A program made the translations under genes and the position numbers. A stretch of DNA of 64,000 nucleotides, from contig CAZZFT010000010.1 in assembly GCA_964653555.1 (NCBI GenBank), positions 6,389-70,388 of the forward strand. Reading direction: 5' to 3'. Under the pieces are notes generated by a model that was given only the letters and a program-made list of their open reading frames with translations, was not told where the DNA came from and did not search any database. Every line of letters begins with the position of its first letter. Within the stretch, counting starts at the first letter, position 1. Positions 1 through 8,386 of this stretch are shown here, piece by piece. The stretch is from an uncultured Spirochaetales bacterium. Its GTDB lineage: Bacteria > Myxococcota_A > UBA9160 > SMWR01.

Positions 1-1
1 C

Positions 2-346
2 TCCGGCGGCTCCTCGAGCGGCACGCAGGCCTCCTCCGGGTCGTCGGAGCCGGCGAAGACCGCGCCGCCGAAGGGCGTCGCGCCCCCGGCGGGCTCCAAG
101 ATGGCGAAGCTGCAGCTCAAAATGACGCCCGAACAGGTGACGGAGATCATGGGCGCGCCCACGGGCCAGAAGAACTACATCACCGGCAAGGCCTTCAATC
201 CCTTCACGGCCTACGGCAACGACTCCGGCAGCCGCATGGAGTACGCCTACAAAGGCGAGGGCCGCGTGGTGTTCGCGGTGCCGCGCTGGGGTGGCTCGAT
301 GAAGGTCGTGCGGATCGACTACGACCCGGCCGAAGACGGCAACTGA
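2..346 (+). CDS. BamE (SmpA/OmlA)-like small lipoprotein, 5' end outside window
   Basis: The frame of track ORF 101..346 stays open back to base 2, through a Ser/Gly/Pro/Ala-rich linker of the kind that follows lipoprotein signal peptides. The C-terminal part 'LKMTPEQVTEIMGAPT...GRVVFAVP...VVRIDYD' resembles BamE/SmpA_OmlA domains. The true start lies upstream of the window. Confidence 0.5.
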   Translation, partial: SGGSSSGTQASSGSSEPAKTAPPKGVAPPAGSKMAKLQLKMTPEQVTEIMGAPTGQKNYITGKAFNPFTAYGNDSGSRMEYAYKGEGRVVFAVPRWGGSMKVVRIDYDPAEDGN

Positions 347-370
347 TCCGCCGTCGACGTCCAGGCCCCG

Positions 371-1924
371 GTGAGCACGCAGGCCATCCCCCGCATCGCG
401 CCCGGTGGGTCCGGCGAGACCGTCGTGGTCGGCGGGACGCCCCTGGACATCGACGCCCTGGTCCGCGTCGCGCGCGGTGGCGCGCAGGTGGCGCTCGACG
501 CCGATCCCGCCTATCGCGCGCGCCTCGAGGCGGGACGCCGCGCCCTCGAGGTCGCGTTGCGGGAGGGGCGCCCGGTGTACGGCGTGACCACGGGGGTGGG
601 CGCCTCCCAGGGCAGCGCGATTCCCGAGGCCGAGCGCAAGCTCGTCACCCAGAACCTGCTGCGCTTCCACGGCTGCGGTACGGGTCGCGCGCTCGACGCC
701 GAGGAGGCATGTGCCGTGGTGGTCGCTCGGCTGGCGTCGCTCGCGCGCGGCTACTCGGCCGTGCGCCCGGTGGTGCTGGAGCGACTGTGCCAGCTCGTGA
801 ACCGCGGGATCGTCCCCCGCATTCCCGAGGAGGGATCGGTCGGCGCGAGCGGCGACCTGACGCCGCTGTCCTACCTGGCCGCGCTGCTGGTCGGCGAGCG
901 CGAGGCGCTGGTGGCGGGCGAGACGGTCCCCGCGGAGGAGGCGCTGCGCCGGGCGGGGCTCGAGCCGCTCGCGCTCGAGCCCAAGGAGAGCCTCGCGATC
1001 ATGAACGGCACCAGCGTGATGACCGCGCTGGCCTGTCTCGCCGTGGACCGCGCGGCGCGTCTGGCGCGCTGGGCCTGCGCGATCACCGCGATGACCTCGC
1101 GGGCGATCGCCGGCAACCCGCGGCATTTCGACGACGCGATCTTCGCCCTCAAGCCCCACCCCGGCACGCGCCGGGCGGCGGCGTGGATTCGCGAGGATCT
1201 GGCGCCGAGCGAGGGCATCCGACCCGCTCGCCTCCAGGACGTCTACTCCGTGCGCTGCGCGCCCCACGTGGTCGGTGTTCTGCTCGACGCGCTCGCCTTC
1301 GCGCGGCAGGCGCTCGAGATCGAGCTGAACGGGGTGAACGACAACCCGATCGTGGACCCGGACTCGGGTGAGGTGCACCACGGCGGGAACTTCTACGGAG
1401 GCCACGTCGCCTTCGCGATGGACGGCTTGAAGAGCGCCGTCGCCAGTGTCGTCGATCTGCTCGACCGCCAGATGCAGCTCCTGTGCGCGCCGACCTCGAG
1501 CGGGGGGCTGCCGGCGAACCTCAGCGCGGGGGGGACCGGCTGCCACGGCTTCAAGGCGATGGGGATCAGCACCTCGGCGCTCGCCGCCGAGGCACTCAAG
1601 CTGACCCTGCCGGCGGCGTCCTTCAGCCGCAGCACCGAGTCGCACAACCAGGACAAGGTGAGCATGGGGACGATCGCCGCGCGCGACTGCCGCCGGATCC
1701 TCGAGCTCGGCGAGACGGTCGCGGCGATCGTGCTGCTCGCGGACTGCCAGGCCCTCGAGCTGCGCGGCGATTCGCCCGGGGCCGGCCGCACGCGGGCGAT
1801 CCGCGAGGCGGTGCGCCGCGCGGTGCCGGCCCTCTCCGAGGACCGGCGTCAGGACCGCGACATCGAGCGCGTGCTCGCCCTCTACCGGACGCGCGAGCTC
1901 GTCTTCGACGCGAAGACCGCCTGA
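371..1924 (+). CDS. MIO-dependent aromatic amino acid / histidine ammonia-lyase family enzyme
   Basis: 517 aa, GTG start. Carries the Ala-Ser-Gly MIO triad in 'GSVGASGDLTPLSYLA', plus the 'YGVTTGVG', 'GVNDNP' and 'SHNQDKVSMG' blocks conserved in HAL/TAL/PAL lyases and aminomutases. Confidence 0.9.
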   Translation: MSTQAIPRIAPGGSGETVVVGGTPLDIDALVRVARGGAQVALDADPAYRARLEAGRRALEVALREGRPVYGVTTGVGASQGSAIPEAERKLVTQNLLRFHGCGTGRALDAEEACAVVVARLASLARGYSAVRPVVLERLCQLVNRGIVPRIPEEGSVGASGDLTPLSYLAALLVGEREALVAGETVPAEEALRRAGLEPLALEPKESLAIMNGTSVMTALACLAVDRAARLARWACAITAMTSRAIAGNPRHFDDAIFALKPHPGTRRAAAWIREDLAPSEGIRPARLQDVYSVRCAPHVVGVLLDALAFARQALEIELNGVNDNPIVDPDSGEVHHGGNFYGGHVAFAMDGLKSAVASVVDLLDRQMQLLCAPTSSGGLPANLSAGGTGCHGFKAMGISTSALAAEALKLTLPAASFSRSTESHNQDKVSMGTIAARDCRRILELGETVAAIVLLADCQALELRGDSPGAGRTRAIREAVRRAVPALSEDRRQDRDIERVLALYRTRELVFDAKTA

Positions 1925-1927
1925 GCC

Positions 1928-2386
1928 GTGTCGGGTCCGGGGACGCGCGGAGTGCGGCGGATCGCGGAGACCCGGCCCGGCCTCCACGAGACTCGTGTCG
2001 AGATGGACGTGCCCTTCCACCACGTGGACGCGCTCGGGATCGTCTGGCACGGTCACTACCCGAAGTACTTCGAGGCGGCGGGGATGGCGCTCCTGCGCTC
2101 GCTGCGCCTCGACGGCGGCGACCTCGTCGGCGGGCGCTATCGCCTGGTCGTGATCGAGTCGGGCGTCCGCCACGCGTTTCCGCTGCGCTATGCCGACTGC
2201 GTATCGATCCGGGCCTGGATCGCCGACTACGCGCGCCGGCTCACGATCCGCTACGAGATCCGCAACGAGACCCACGGCCGCCGCGCGGCTCGGGGCTTCA
2301 CCACCCTCGCCACGCTGGACGCCGAAGGTCGCCTGCGCCTCGAGACGCCGGCGGCGATCGTGGCCCGTATCTGCGGCGAGGACTGA
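1928..2386 (+). CDS. 4HBT/YbgC-type hot-dog acyl-CoA thioesterase
   Basis: 152 aa, GTG start 3 nt after the lyase stop. Has 'VPFHHVDALGIVWHGHYPKYFE' and 'LVVIESGVRHAFPLRY', typical of the 4-hydroxybenzoyl-CoA thioesterase fold. Confidence 0.8.
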   Translation: MSGPGTRGVRRIAETRPGLHETRVEMDVPFHHVDALGIVWHGHYPKYFEAAGMALLRSLRLDGGDLVGGRYRLVVIESGVRHAFPLRYADCVSIRAWIADYARRLTIRYEIRNETHGRRAARGFTTLATLDAEGRLRLETPAAIVARICGED

Positions 2387-2418
2387 CGGGCTACCGCCCC
2401 GCCGGCGGCCCGGGTAGC

Positions 2419-3216
2419 ATGCGCTCTCCGACGGAGGATCCCATGGAACCGGTCCCGAGCACGTCCGCGAGTCGAGTCGGCGCCGAGGAGATCCCTCCTC
2501 ACGCGCCGCTCACCGAGTACTACGAGCGCGATCGCCAGGACTACGTCGTCGACCTCTTCAACCGGACGGCGCGTCACTACGACACGATCGAGAGCCTGTT
2601 CCTCAAAGGAGGGCTCTGGTACCGGCGCTACGGGATGAAGCGCGCGGGCATGAAGCCCGGCATGCGCGTGCTCGACGTCGCCACCGGCACCGGCGCCGTG
2701 GCGCGCGGCGCCGCGCGCATCGTCGGGCCCTCGGGGCGGGTGTTCGGCTGCGACCCGAGCCCCGGCATGCTGGCCGAGGCGAAGAAGGTGTTTCGCGGCC
2801 CCCTCACCCACGGCGTCGGCGACACCCTCCCCTTCCGGGACGAGCAGTTCGACTTCGTCACGATGGGAATCGCGCTGCGCCACGTCTCGAGCCTGGCCCA
2901 GACCTTCCGCGAGTACCTGCGCGTGCTCGTGCCGGGCGGCCGGCTGTGGATCCTCGAGGGCCACGTGCCGAAGTCGAAGCTCGGCTACAACCTCACCCGC
3001 TTCGTCTGGGCGAAGGTGATCCCCGGGATGACGTTGCTCTCCACCGGCAGCCGCGAGGCGAAGCTCCTGATGGACTACTACTGGGACACCGTCGAGAAGT
3101 GCGTTCCGCCGGATACGATCGTCGCCGCCCTGAAGGACGCCGGCTTCGCGGACGTGAAGTTCGAAGTGGTGGTGCCCGGGGCCTTCTGCGAATACACGGG
3201 CACGCGGCCGGCCTAG
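2419..3216 (+). CDS. class I SAM-dependent methyltransferase (UbiE/COQ5-like)
   Basis: In-frame ATG at 2419 inside track ORF 1483..3216; the upstream part of that ORF is Arg/Pro-rich artefact. SAM motif I 'VLDVATGTGAVA', then 'FDFVTMGIALRHV' and 'LVPGGRLWILE'. Confidence 0.85.
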   Translation: MRSPTEDPMEPVPSTSASRVGAEEIPPHAPLTEYYERDRQDYVVDLFNRTARHYDTIESLFLKGGLWYRRYGMKRAGMKPGMRVLDVATGTGAVARGAARIVGPSGRVFGCDPSPGMLAEAKKVFRGPLTHGVGDTLPFRDEQFDFVTMGIALRHVSSLAQTFREYLRVLVPGGRLWILEGHVPKSKLGYNLTRFVWAKVIPGMTLLSTGSREAKLLMDYYWDTVEKCVPPDTIVAALKDAGFADVKFEVVVPGAFCEYTGTRPA

Positions 3217-3248
3217 CGATCGGGTTTCCGGGCGGGGATCCCCTGCCG

Positions 3249-3566
3249 CTACTTGTAGGCCACGGCGGCGCTGACCGGACCGCGCAGCCGGATCGCCTCG
3301 CTGCGCGCGAAGCCGGCCTCCCGGCACCAGCCGGCGAACTCGGCGCCGGAGTAGTCGAAGGCGTCGCCGAACCCGACCAGCACGTTGAGCGACATCAGCA
3401 GGCCGAAGGCGTTCGCGCGCCGCTCGTCGTCGATCAGGTTCTTGATGACGACGAAGGCCCCTCCCGGCGGCAGCGCCTCGAAGGCCTTGCGGATCAGTAC
3501 GCGCTTCTTCTCCAGGTTCCAGTCGGGACCCGGGTCGGGGGGGGAGGCGTCGTCGCCTGGCGCGCG
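3249..3566 (-). pseudogene. C-terminal fragment of a family-2 O-methyltransferase (no start codon, N-terminal two thirds missing)
   Basis: Hand translation of the minus frame gives '*RAPGDDASPPPDPGPDWNLEKKRVLIRKAFEALPPGGAFVVIKNLIDDERRANAFGLLMSLNVLVGFGDAFDYSGAEFAGWCREAGFARSEAIRLRGPVSAAVAYK*'. This matches only the last ~100 aa of ~340-aa O-methyltransferases (the '...HDW...' region onward). The frame opens directly after a TGA at 3567-3569 and contains no ATG/GTG/TTG before the internal Met, which would leave only 48 aa. Confidence 0.6.
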
Positions 3567-3570
3567 TCAC

Positions 3571-3987
3571 TCATTCCGGCTTCTCGATCTTCGAGTCGCC
3601 CAGCGACCAGTAGCCGCGCAGGGCGCGCAGCTTGCCGGCCTCGTTCACGGTGTAGGTGAAGATCCCGTGGACGGTCATCGCCGCGCCGTTCGGGAACCGG
3701 GTCACGAGCGTCAGCACGTGGGCCGACTCGTCGCCCGCGGCGAAGGACTCGTGGGCGGTGATCGTGACGCTCTCGGTGGGCGCCAGGTTCTTGTCCCAGA
3801 ACTGCTCCGCCTCGGCCCTGCCGCGGAAGCCCTTGCCCGTGGGATTGGTGGGGCCGACGCCGATCGGATCCTCGATCACCACGTCGTCGGCCATCAGCTC
3901 GAGCCACTCCTCGCGCAGGCGCGCCTGCACGCAGCGCCAGGAATGGTGTGCGGCGGCCATCGCGGGGTGCTCTCGGGTCGTCGTCAT
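3571..3987 (-). CDS. SnoaL-like / ketosteroid-isomerase-like NTF2-superfamily protein
   Basis: 138 aa. The ATG at 3987 is preceded by GGAG. Has 'W..LMADDVVIEDPIG...GRAEAEQFW' and the size typical of SnoaL/KSI-like cone folds. It is the tail of artefactual track ORF 3571..6120. Confidence 0.75.
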   Translation of the reverse strand: MTTTREHPAMAAAHHSWRCVQARLREEWLELMADDVVIEDPIGVGPTNPTGKGFRGRAEAEQFWDKNLAPTESVTITAHESFAAGDESAHVLTLVTRFPNGAAMTVHGIFTYTVNEAGKLRALRGYWSLGDSKIEKPE

Positions 3988-4019
3988 CGGGAGCTCCTTC
4001 CCTGCACTCGTTGCCCAGC

Positions 4020-5993
4020 CTACAGCGCGGCGGCCACGCGTGTCGCCTCCTCGGTGGCCTTGCGGATCAGGCCGAGCCCGGTGCAATCGCCGACGCAGAA
4101 GGCCTCGGGCACCCGCTCCCTCACCGCGTCGAACAGCGTCGTGTCGGCCTCCAGCTCGCCGGCCACCACCACCGTGTCGGCCGCCACGAGATGGCTGCCG
4201 GCGCCTTCCGGCCGGACGGCGATGCCCTCGCGGGTGATCCCCTCGTAGGCGACGCCTGTGTTCACGGCCACGCCCAGGCGATCCAGGCGATCCATGTGCT
4301 CGGCGAGCCGCTTGGGACCGATCTCCGGTGCCAGGCGCTCCCCGTGCTCCACCACGCTCACCCGGCGACCGCGCGCGGCGAGGAACTCGGCCAGCTCGAT
4401 CGCGGCGAGGTCGCCGCCCACCACGACCACCCGGCGACCGAGAGGCATCCACCAGCGGCTCGCGGCCGCGAGCTGGCGCGGGGTGAGCCAGCGCGCCGCC
4501 GGGCCCATCCGCGCGCGCAGGCGCGGGCCCGTGACCACGTGGGGGAGGTCGTCGCCGGGGATCTTCGGCACCACCACCCGCCCGCCGCTCGCGACGACGA
4601 CGGCGTCGGGGCGCAGAGCGGCGACGTCCTCGGCGGCGAGCGCGCGTCCCCGGTGCACCTCGATCGGAAGCCGCGCCACCTCCCGCAGCAGGAAGGAGAG
4701 GAAGGGCGCGTTCTCCGGATGCACCGTCGCCGCCATCACCAGCGACCCGCCCAGCTGGCGCTCGCGCTCGTAGAGGGCGACGCGGTGACCGCGTTCGGCC
4801 GCCAGGCGCGCGGTCTCCAGGCCGCCGGGCCCGCCGCCCACGATCACGACGCGCTTGGGCGCGGCGGTCGGCGACAGGTCGAGCTCGCCCTCGCGTCCCG
4901 ACAGGCCGTTCACGGCGCAGTTCATGTTCCCGGTCTCCATCGAGTCGATGCAGTTCTCGCAGGAGATGCAGGACCGGACGCGCAGCGCGCGGCCGGTGCG
5001 CAGCTTCTCGGGCAGCGCCGGGTCGGCGAGCAGCGGCCGCGCCATCACCACCAGGTCGGCGTCGCCGCTCTGGAGGATCGCCTCCGCGCGCAGCGGGTCG
5101 TGGATGCGGCCCACGGTCATCACCGGCACGTCCACGACGTTCTTCACCGCCCGCGCGCCGGCGAGATTGTGCGCCTCCCCCCACTGGGAGCCCGTGACGA
5201 TCATCGACGTCAGCCGGTCGATCACGCCGCCCGAGACGTGGAAGGCGTCCACTCCCGCCTGCACCAGGCGCGGCGCGATGCGCGCGGTGTCGTCGATCGG
5301 ACGACCGCCGGGAACGCGTTCGTAGCCCGAGATGCGAAGCGTGATCGGGAAGTCGCCGCCCACCTCGCGCCGGATCGCAGCCAGCACCTCGAGCAGGAAG
5401 CGCAGGCGTCCCTCGCGCTTGCGACCGGCGTAGCCGTCGGCGCGCTTGTTGCGCCAGGAAGAGAGGAAAGATCCCACCAGCATGTAGCCGTGAGCCGCGT
5501 GCAGCTCGATGCCGTCGTAGCCCGCCTCGCGGACGCGTCGCACCGCGGAGGCGTATTGGTCCAGGATCGCCGGCAGTTCTTCGGCCTCCAGGGCCCGGCT
5601 CGGTGTGCCCGTGAGGTAGGAAGGAATCACCGAGGGGCCGAGGCTCGGGATCTTCTCCATCTGCGGAGAGAGCGCGTCGGGCCCGGCGTGGACGATCTGG
5701 GGCTGCACCTTCGCGCCGTGGGCGTGGCAGGCATCGACCACCGCGCGGTGCGCGCCGATCACGTCGTCGGAGGCGAAGTGCATCGACTGGGGCACCTCGC
5801 GGTGGCGCCGGTCCACGACGCAGGCCTCGAGCGTGAGCAGGCCGACGCCGCCGCGGGCGCGCGCCGCGAGGTAGGCGACGAGGCGCTTCGTGGGCAGCTG
5901 ATCGAGCCCGGCATAGCCCGTCGTCATCGGCGACATCACCAGCCGGTTCTTGAGCTCCATGGCCCCGATCCGGATCGGCTGGAAGAGCTTCAC
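4020..5993 (-). CDS. FadH-like 2,4-dienoyl-CoA reductase family NADH:flavin oxidoreductase (OYE barrel + 4Fe-4S + FAD/NAD(P) domains)
   Basis: 657 aa. The GTG at 5993 overlaps the upstream stop (GTGA). Has 'NRLVMSPMTT...ELHAAHGYM', the Cys cluster 'CISCENCIDS...NC', and Rossmann motifs 'VVIVGGGPGGLE' and 'VVVVGGDLAAIE'. Track ORF 4020..10112 is an artefactual extension. Confidence 0.9.
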   Translation of the reverse strand: MKLFQPIRIGAMELKNRLVMSPMTTGYAGLDQLPTKRLVAYLAARARGGVGLLTLEACVVDRRHREVPQSMHFASDDVIGAHRAVVDACHAHGAKVQPQIVHAGPDALSPQMEKIPSLGPSVIPSYLTGTPSRALEAEELPAILDQYASAVRRVREAGYDGIELHAAHGYMLVGSFLSSWRNKRADGYAGRKREGRLRFLLEVLAAIRREVGGDFPITLRISGYERVPGGRPIDDTARIAPRLVQAGVDAFHVSGGVIDRLTSMIVTGSQWGEAHNLAGARAVKNVVDVPVMTVGRIHDPLRAEAILQSGDADLVVMARPLLADPALPEKLRTGRALRVRSCISCENCIDSMETGNMNCAVNGLSGREGELDLSPTAAPKRVVIVGGGPGGLETARLAAERGHRVALYERERQLGGSLVMAATVHPENAPFLSFLLREVARLPIEVHRGRALAAEDVAALRPDAVVVASGGRVVVPKIPGDDLPHVVTGPRLRARMGPAARWLTPRQLAAASRWWMPLGRRVVVVGGDLAAIELAEFLAARGRRVSVVEHGERLAPEIGPKRLAEHMDRLDRLGVAVNTGVAYEGITREGIAVRPEGAGSHLVAADTVVVAGELEADTTLFDAVRERVPEAFCVGDCTGLGLIRKATEEATRVAAAL

Positions 5994-7513
5994 TCTCGAC
6001 TTCGCTCGCCGACGGCTCGCTGCGCGCGGCCTTCGGCCGCTTGCGGGTCTTCGAGCCCGGCCGCGGCGTTGCGGCCGGCGACGCGGCCGAAGAAGGTGGC
6101 GTCGCCGATCGAGAGTCCACTCGCGTAGCCGCGGCCCTCCAGACACAGGCCCGCCGTGTTGCGTCCGGCCGCGAACAGGCCGGGAACGACCGCCCCCTCG
6201 GGCGTGAGCACCTCCGCAGTCGCCCGGATCGCGAGGCCGCCCAGGGTGAACACCCCGAAGAAGGAGTTCGCGGTGCAGCAGTCGAGCGCCGCGAAGGGCG
6301 GCTCCGAGAGCGGTCGCAAATGGGCGGGGGCCTTGTGGAAGAGCGGGTCCTCGCCGCGCGCCGCCCAGCGGTTGTAGCTCTCCAGGGTGTGGACCAGCTC
6401 TCCCTCGGGCATTCCGAGCGCGCCCTCCAACGCCGCGAAGCTCTCCTCGACGGCCGCGATCCGATGGGCGGCCTGGGTTCGGGCGTAGATCGCGTCGTCC
6501 ACCACGAGCCAGGCCCGCCCGCCCGCCCGGTACACCATGGCGTCGCTGGTGCGCCCGAGGTAGGCGTCCTCGTTCACGAAGCGCTGACCCTGGGCATTCA
6601 CCAGCACGCCCTTCAGGTGGCTGGCCGGCGGGTAGTAGGCGTTGAGCACCAGTCCCTCGTGCATGTTGACGGAGGCGGCCCCGGCGCCCGTTCCCATGCG
6701 GATGCCCCGACCGTCGTCGCCGGGCGAGGCCGCCTTCCAGTTGCACTGGAGCAGCTGCGGGGCGTGTTCGGCCACCATCGCCTCGTTCAGGACGAAGCCG
6801 CCCGCGCACAGGATCACGCCGCGCCGCGCGCGGATCACGAGCTCGGCCCCCTGGTGGCGCGCCACGACGCCCACCACACGTCCGTCCTCGCGCTGCACGA
6901 GGCGCAGGGCCTCGCAGTCGTTCAGCGCGCGGGCGCCCGCCTCGTCGCTGGCGCGCAGCAGGCACTCCATCAGGTAGCCGCCGGCCTCTCCCGCTCGCGC
7001 CGGCTTGTGGCCGCGCGGCGCCGGCACCGCCTGCCCGGCGAAGGGGTACACCTCCTCGTTTCCGCTGTAGAAGAGGCCATCGTCGCCGAAGGGGTGGGTC
7101 GTCTTCTCGGCGACGTAGCTCTCCTTGAACTCGACCCCGAGCGAGCACATCCAGTCGAAGTGCTCGAGGCTCTGATCGCAGAACAGGCGCACCTTCTCCT
7201 CGTCGGCGTGGGTCCCGGCGGCGAGCCGGACGTGCTTCGTCATCTCCTCCACCGAGTCGTCGAAGCCGCACCGTTTCTGGATGCGAGTACCGCCGCCGAA
7301 GTACAGGACGCCCGTCGAGAGCGCGGTCGTTCCGCCACCGCGCGTCATGCGCTCCAGGACCAGCGTGTCGGCTCCGGCGCGCGCGGCCTCGATCGCCGCC
7401 GCGGCCCCGGCGCCGCCGTGGCCGACGATCACGACGTCGTGGGTGCGGTCCCAGCGGGAGACGGACTCGGCGCGCAGCGCGCGGGTGGTGTCCGTCGCCC
7501 CCTCCCCGGACAT
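5990..7513 (-). CDS. FAD-dependent oxidoreductase, 3-ketosteroid-delta1-dehydrogenase / fumarate-reductase-flavoprotein-like
   Basis: 507 aa. FAD Rossmann motif 'DVVIVGHGGAGAAAAIEAARAG', plus 'LCAGGF' and the C-terminal 'GLFAAGRN...GYASGLSIGDATFFG'. Confidence 0.85.
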   Translation of the reverse strand: MSGEGATDTTRALRAESVSRWDRTHDVVIVGHGGAGAAAAIEAARAGADTLVLERMTRGGGTTALSTGVLYFGGGTRIQKRCGFDDSVEEMTKHVRLAAGTHADEEKVRLFCDQSLEHFDWMCSLGVEFKESYVAEKTTHPFGDDGLFYSGNEEVYPFAGQAVPAPRGHKPARAGEAGGYLMECLLRASDEAGARALNDCEALRLVQREDGRVVGVVARHQGAELVIRARRGVILCAGGFVLNEAMVAEHAPQLLQCNWKAASPGDDGRGIRMGTGAGAASVNMHEGLVLNAYYPPASHLKGVLVNAQGQRFVNEDAYLGRTSDAMVYRAGGRAWLVVDDAIYARTQAAHRIAAVEESFAALEGALGMPEGELVHTLESYNRWAARGEDPLFHKAPAHLRPLSEPPFAALDCCTANSFFGVFTLGGLAIRATAEVLTPEGAVVPGLFAAGRNTAGLCLEGRGYASGLSIGDATFFGRVAGRNAAAGLEDPQAAEGRAQRAVGERSRE

Positions 7514-7519
7514 GCCCGC

Positions 7520-8374
7520 CTAACCTGCCCAACGCGACAGCTCTGCCAGCTCGTCCACGAACCGCAGCACGCCGTCCACGTCGCGCGCCGAAGTCGACGC
7601 GATCACGCGGTGGACGCCGAGCTCGGCGTACCGCTTCACGAGATCGAGGTCGAGTCCGGGACGGGGAGGCGGCGTGACGCTGATCTCCAGCGGACCCAGG
7701 CCGTCGGGGCGCTCGCCTGCGTCCACGGCCTCGCGGATCCATCCGAGGCAGCGGGCGACGATCTCGGGCGCGGTGAAGAAGCCGTACCACCCGTTCCCGC
7801 GCCGTGCGGCTCGCTGCGCCGCGGCCCGGCTCATCCCGCCCACCACGATCGGCGGATGCGGGCGTTGGAGCGGCCGCGGCTGGGCATCGATGCCCGCGAA
7901 GCGGTAGTAGCGGCCGGCGAAGCGCGGCGACTCCTGGGTCCACAGCGCGCGCAGCACGTCGATCGACTCGTCGGTCACGGCGCCGCGCTCTTCGAAGTTC
8001 GCGCCCAGTGCGCGGAACTCGGGCTCGAGATAACCCGCGCCGAGGCCGAACAAGAGCCTTCCGCCCGACACCCGGTCCAGGCTCGCCAGCTCCTTCGCCA
8101 GCTCGACGGCATTGCGCTGGGGCAGGATGATGATGCCGGTGCCGAGCCGGATCCGCTCCGTGTGCGCGGCGATGTGGGCGAGCGCCACCGACGGGTCGAG
8201 GAAGGGGGTGCCAGGCGCGGCTGGGGAGGGAGGGGCCTGGGGATCGGGCAGCACCACGTGCTCGCCGGTCCAGAGCGATTCGAGCTGCGCGGTTTCGGCG
8301 GCGCGCGCCACCCGCACCATCGCCTCCGCGTCGCCGCAGGGGCCGAAGTTGATCCCGAACAGGCCGATCTTCAT
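7520..8374 (-). CDS. LLM-class (luciferase-like) F420/flavin-dependent oxidoreductase
   Basis: 284 aa. Has 'SLWTGEHVV', 'RIRLGTGIIILPQRNAVELAKELASLDRVSGGRLLFGLGAGY' and 'RPHPPIVVGG'. Lies 6 nt upstream of the next gene in the operon. Confidence 0.85.
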   Translation of the reverse strand: MKIGLFGINFGPCGDAEAMVRVARAAETAQLESLWTGEHVVLPDPQAPPSPAAPGTPFLDPSVALAHIAAHTERIRLGTGIIILPQRNAVELAKELASLDRVSGGRLLFGLGAGYLEPEFRALGANFEERGAVTDESIDVLRALWTQESPRFAGRYYRFAGIDAQPRPLQRPHPPIVVGGMSRAAAQRAARRGNGWYGFFTAPEIVARCLGWIREAVDAGERPDGLGPLEISVTPPPRPGLDLDLVKRYAELGVHRVIASTSARDVDGVLRFVDELAELSRWAG

Positions 8375-8386
8375 CCCTGCTCCGCT

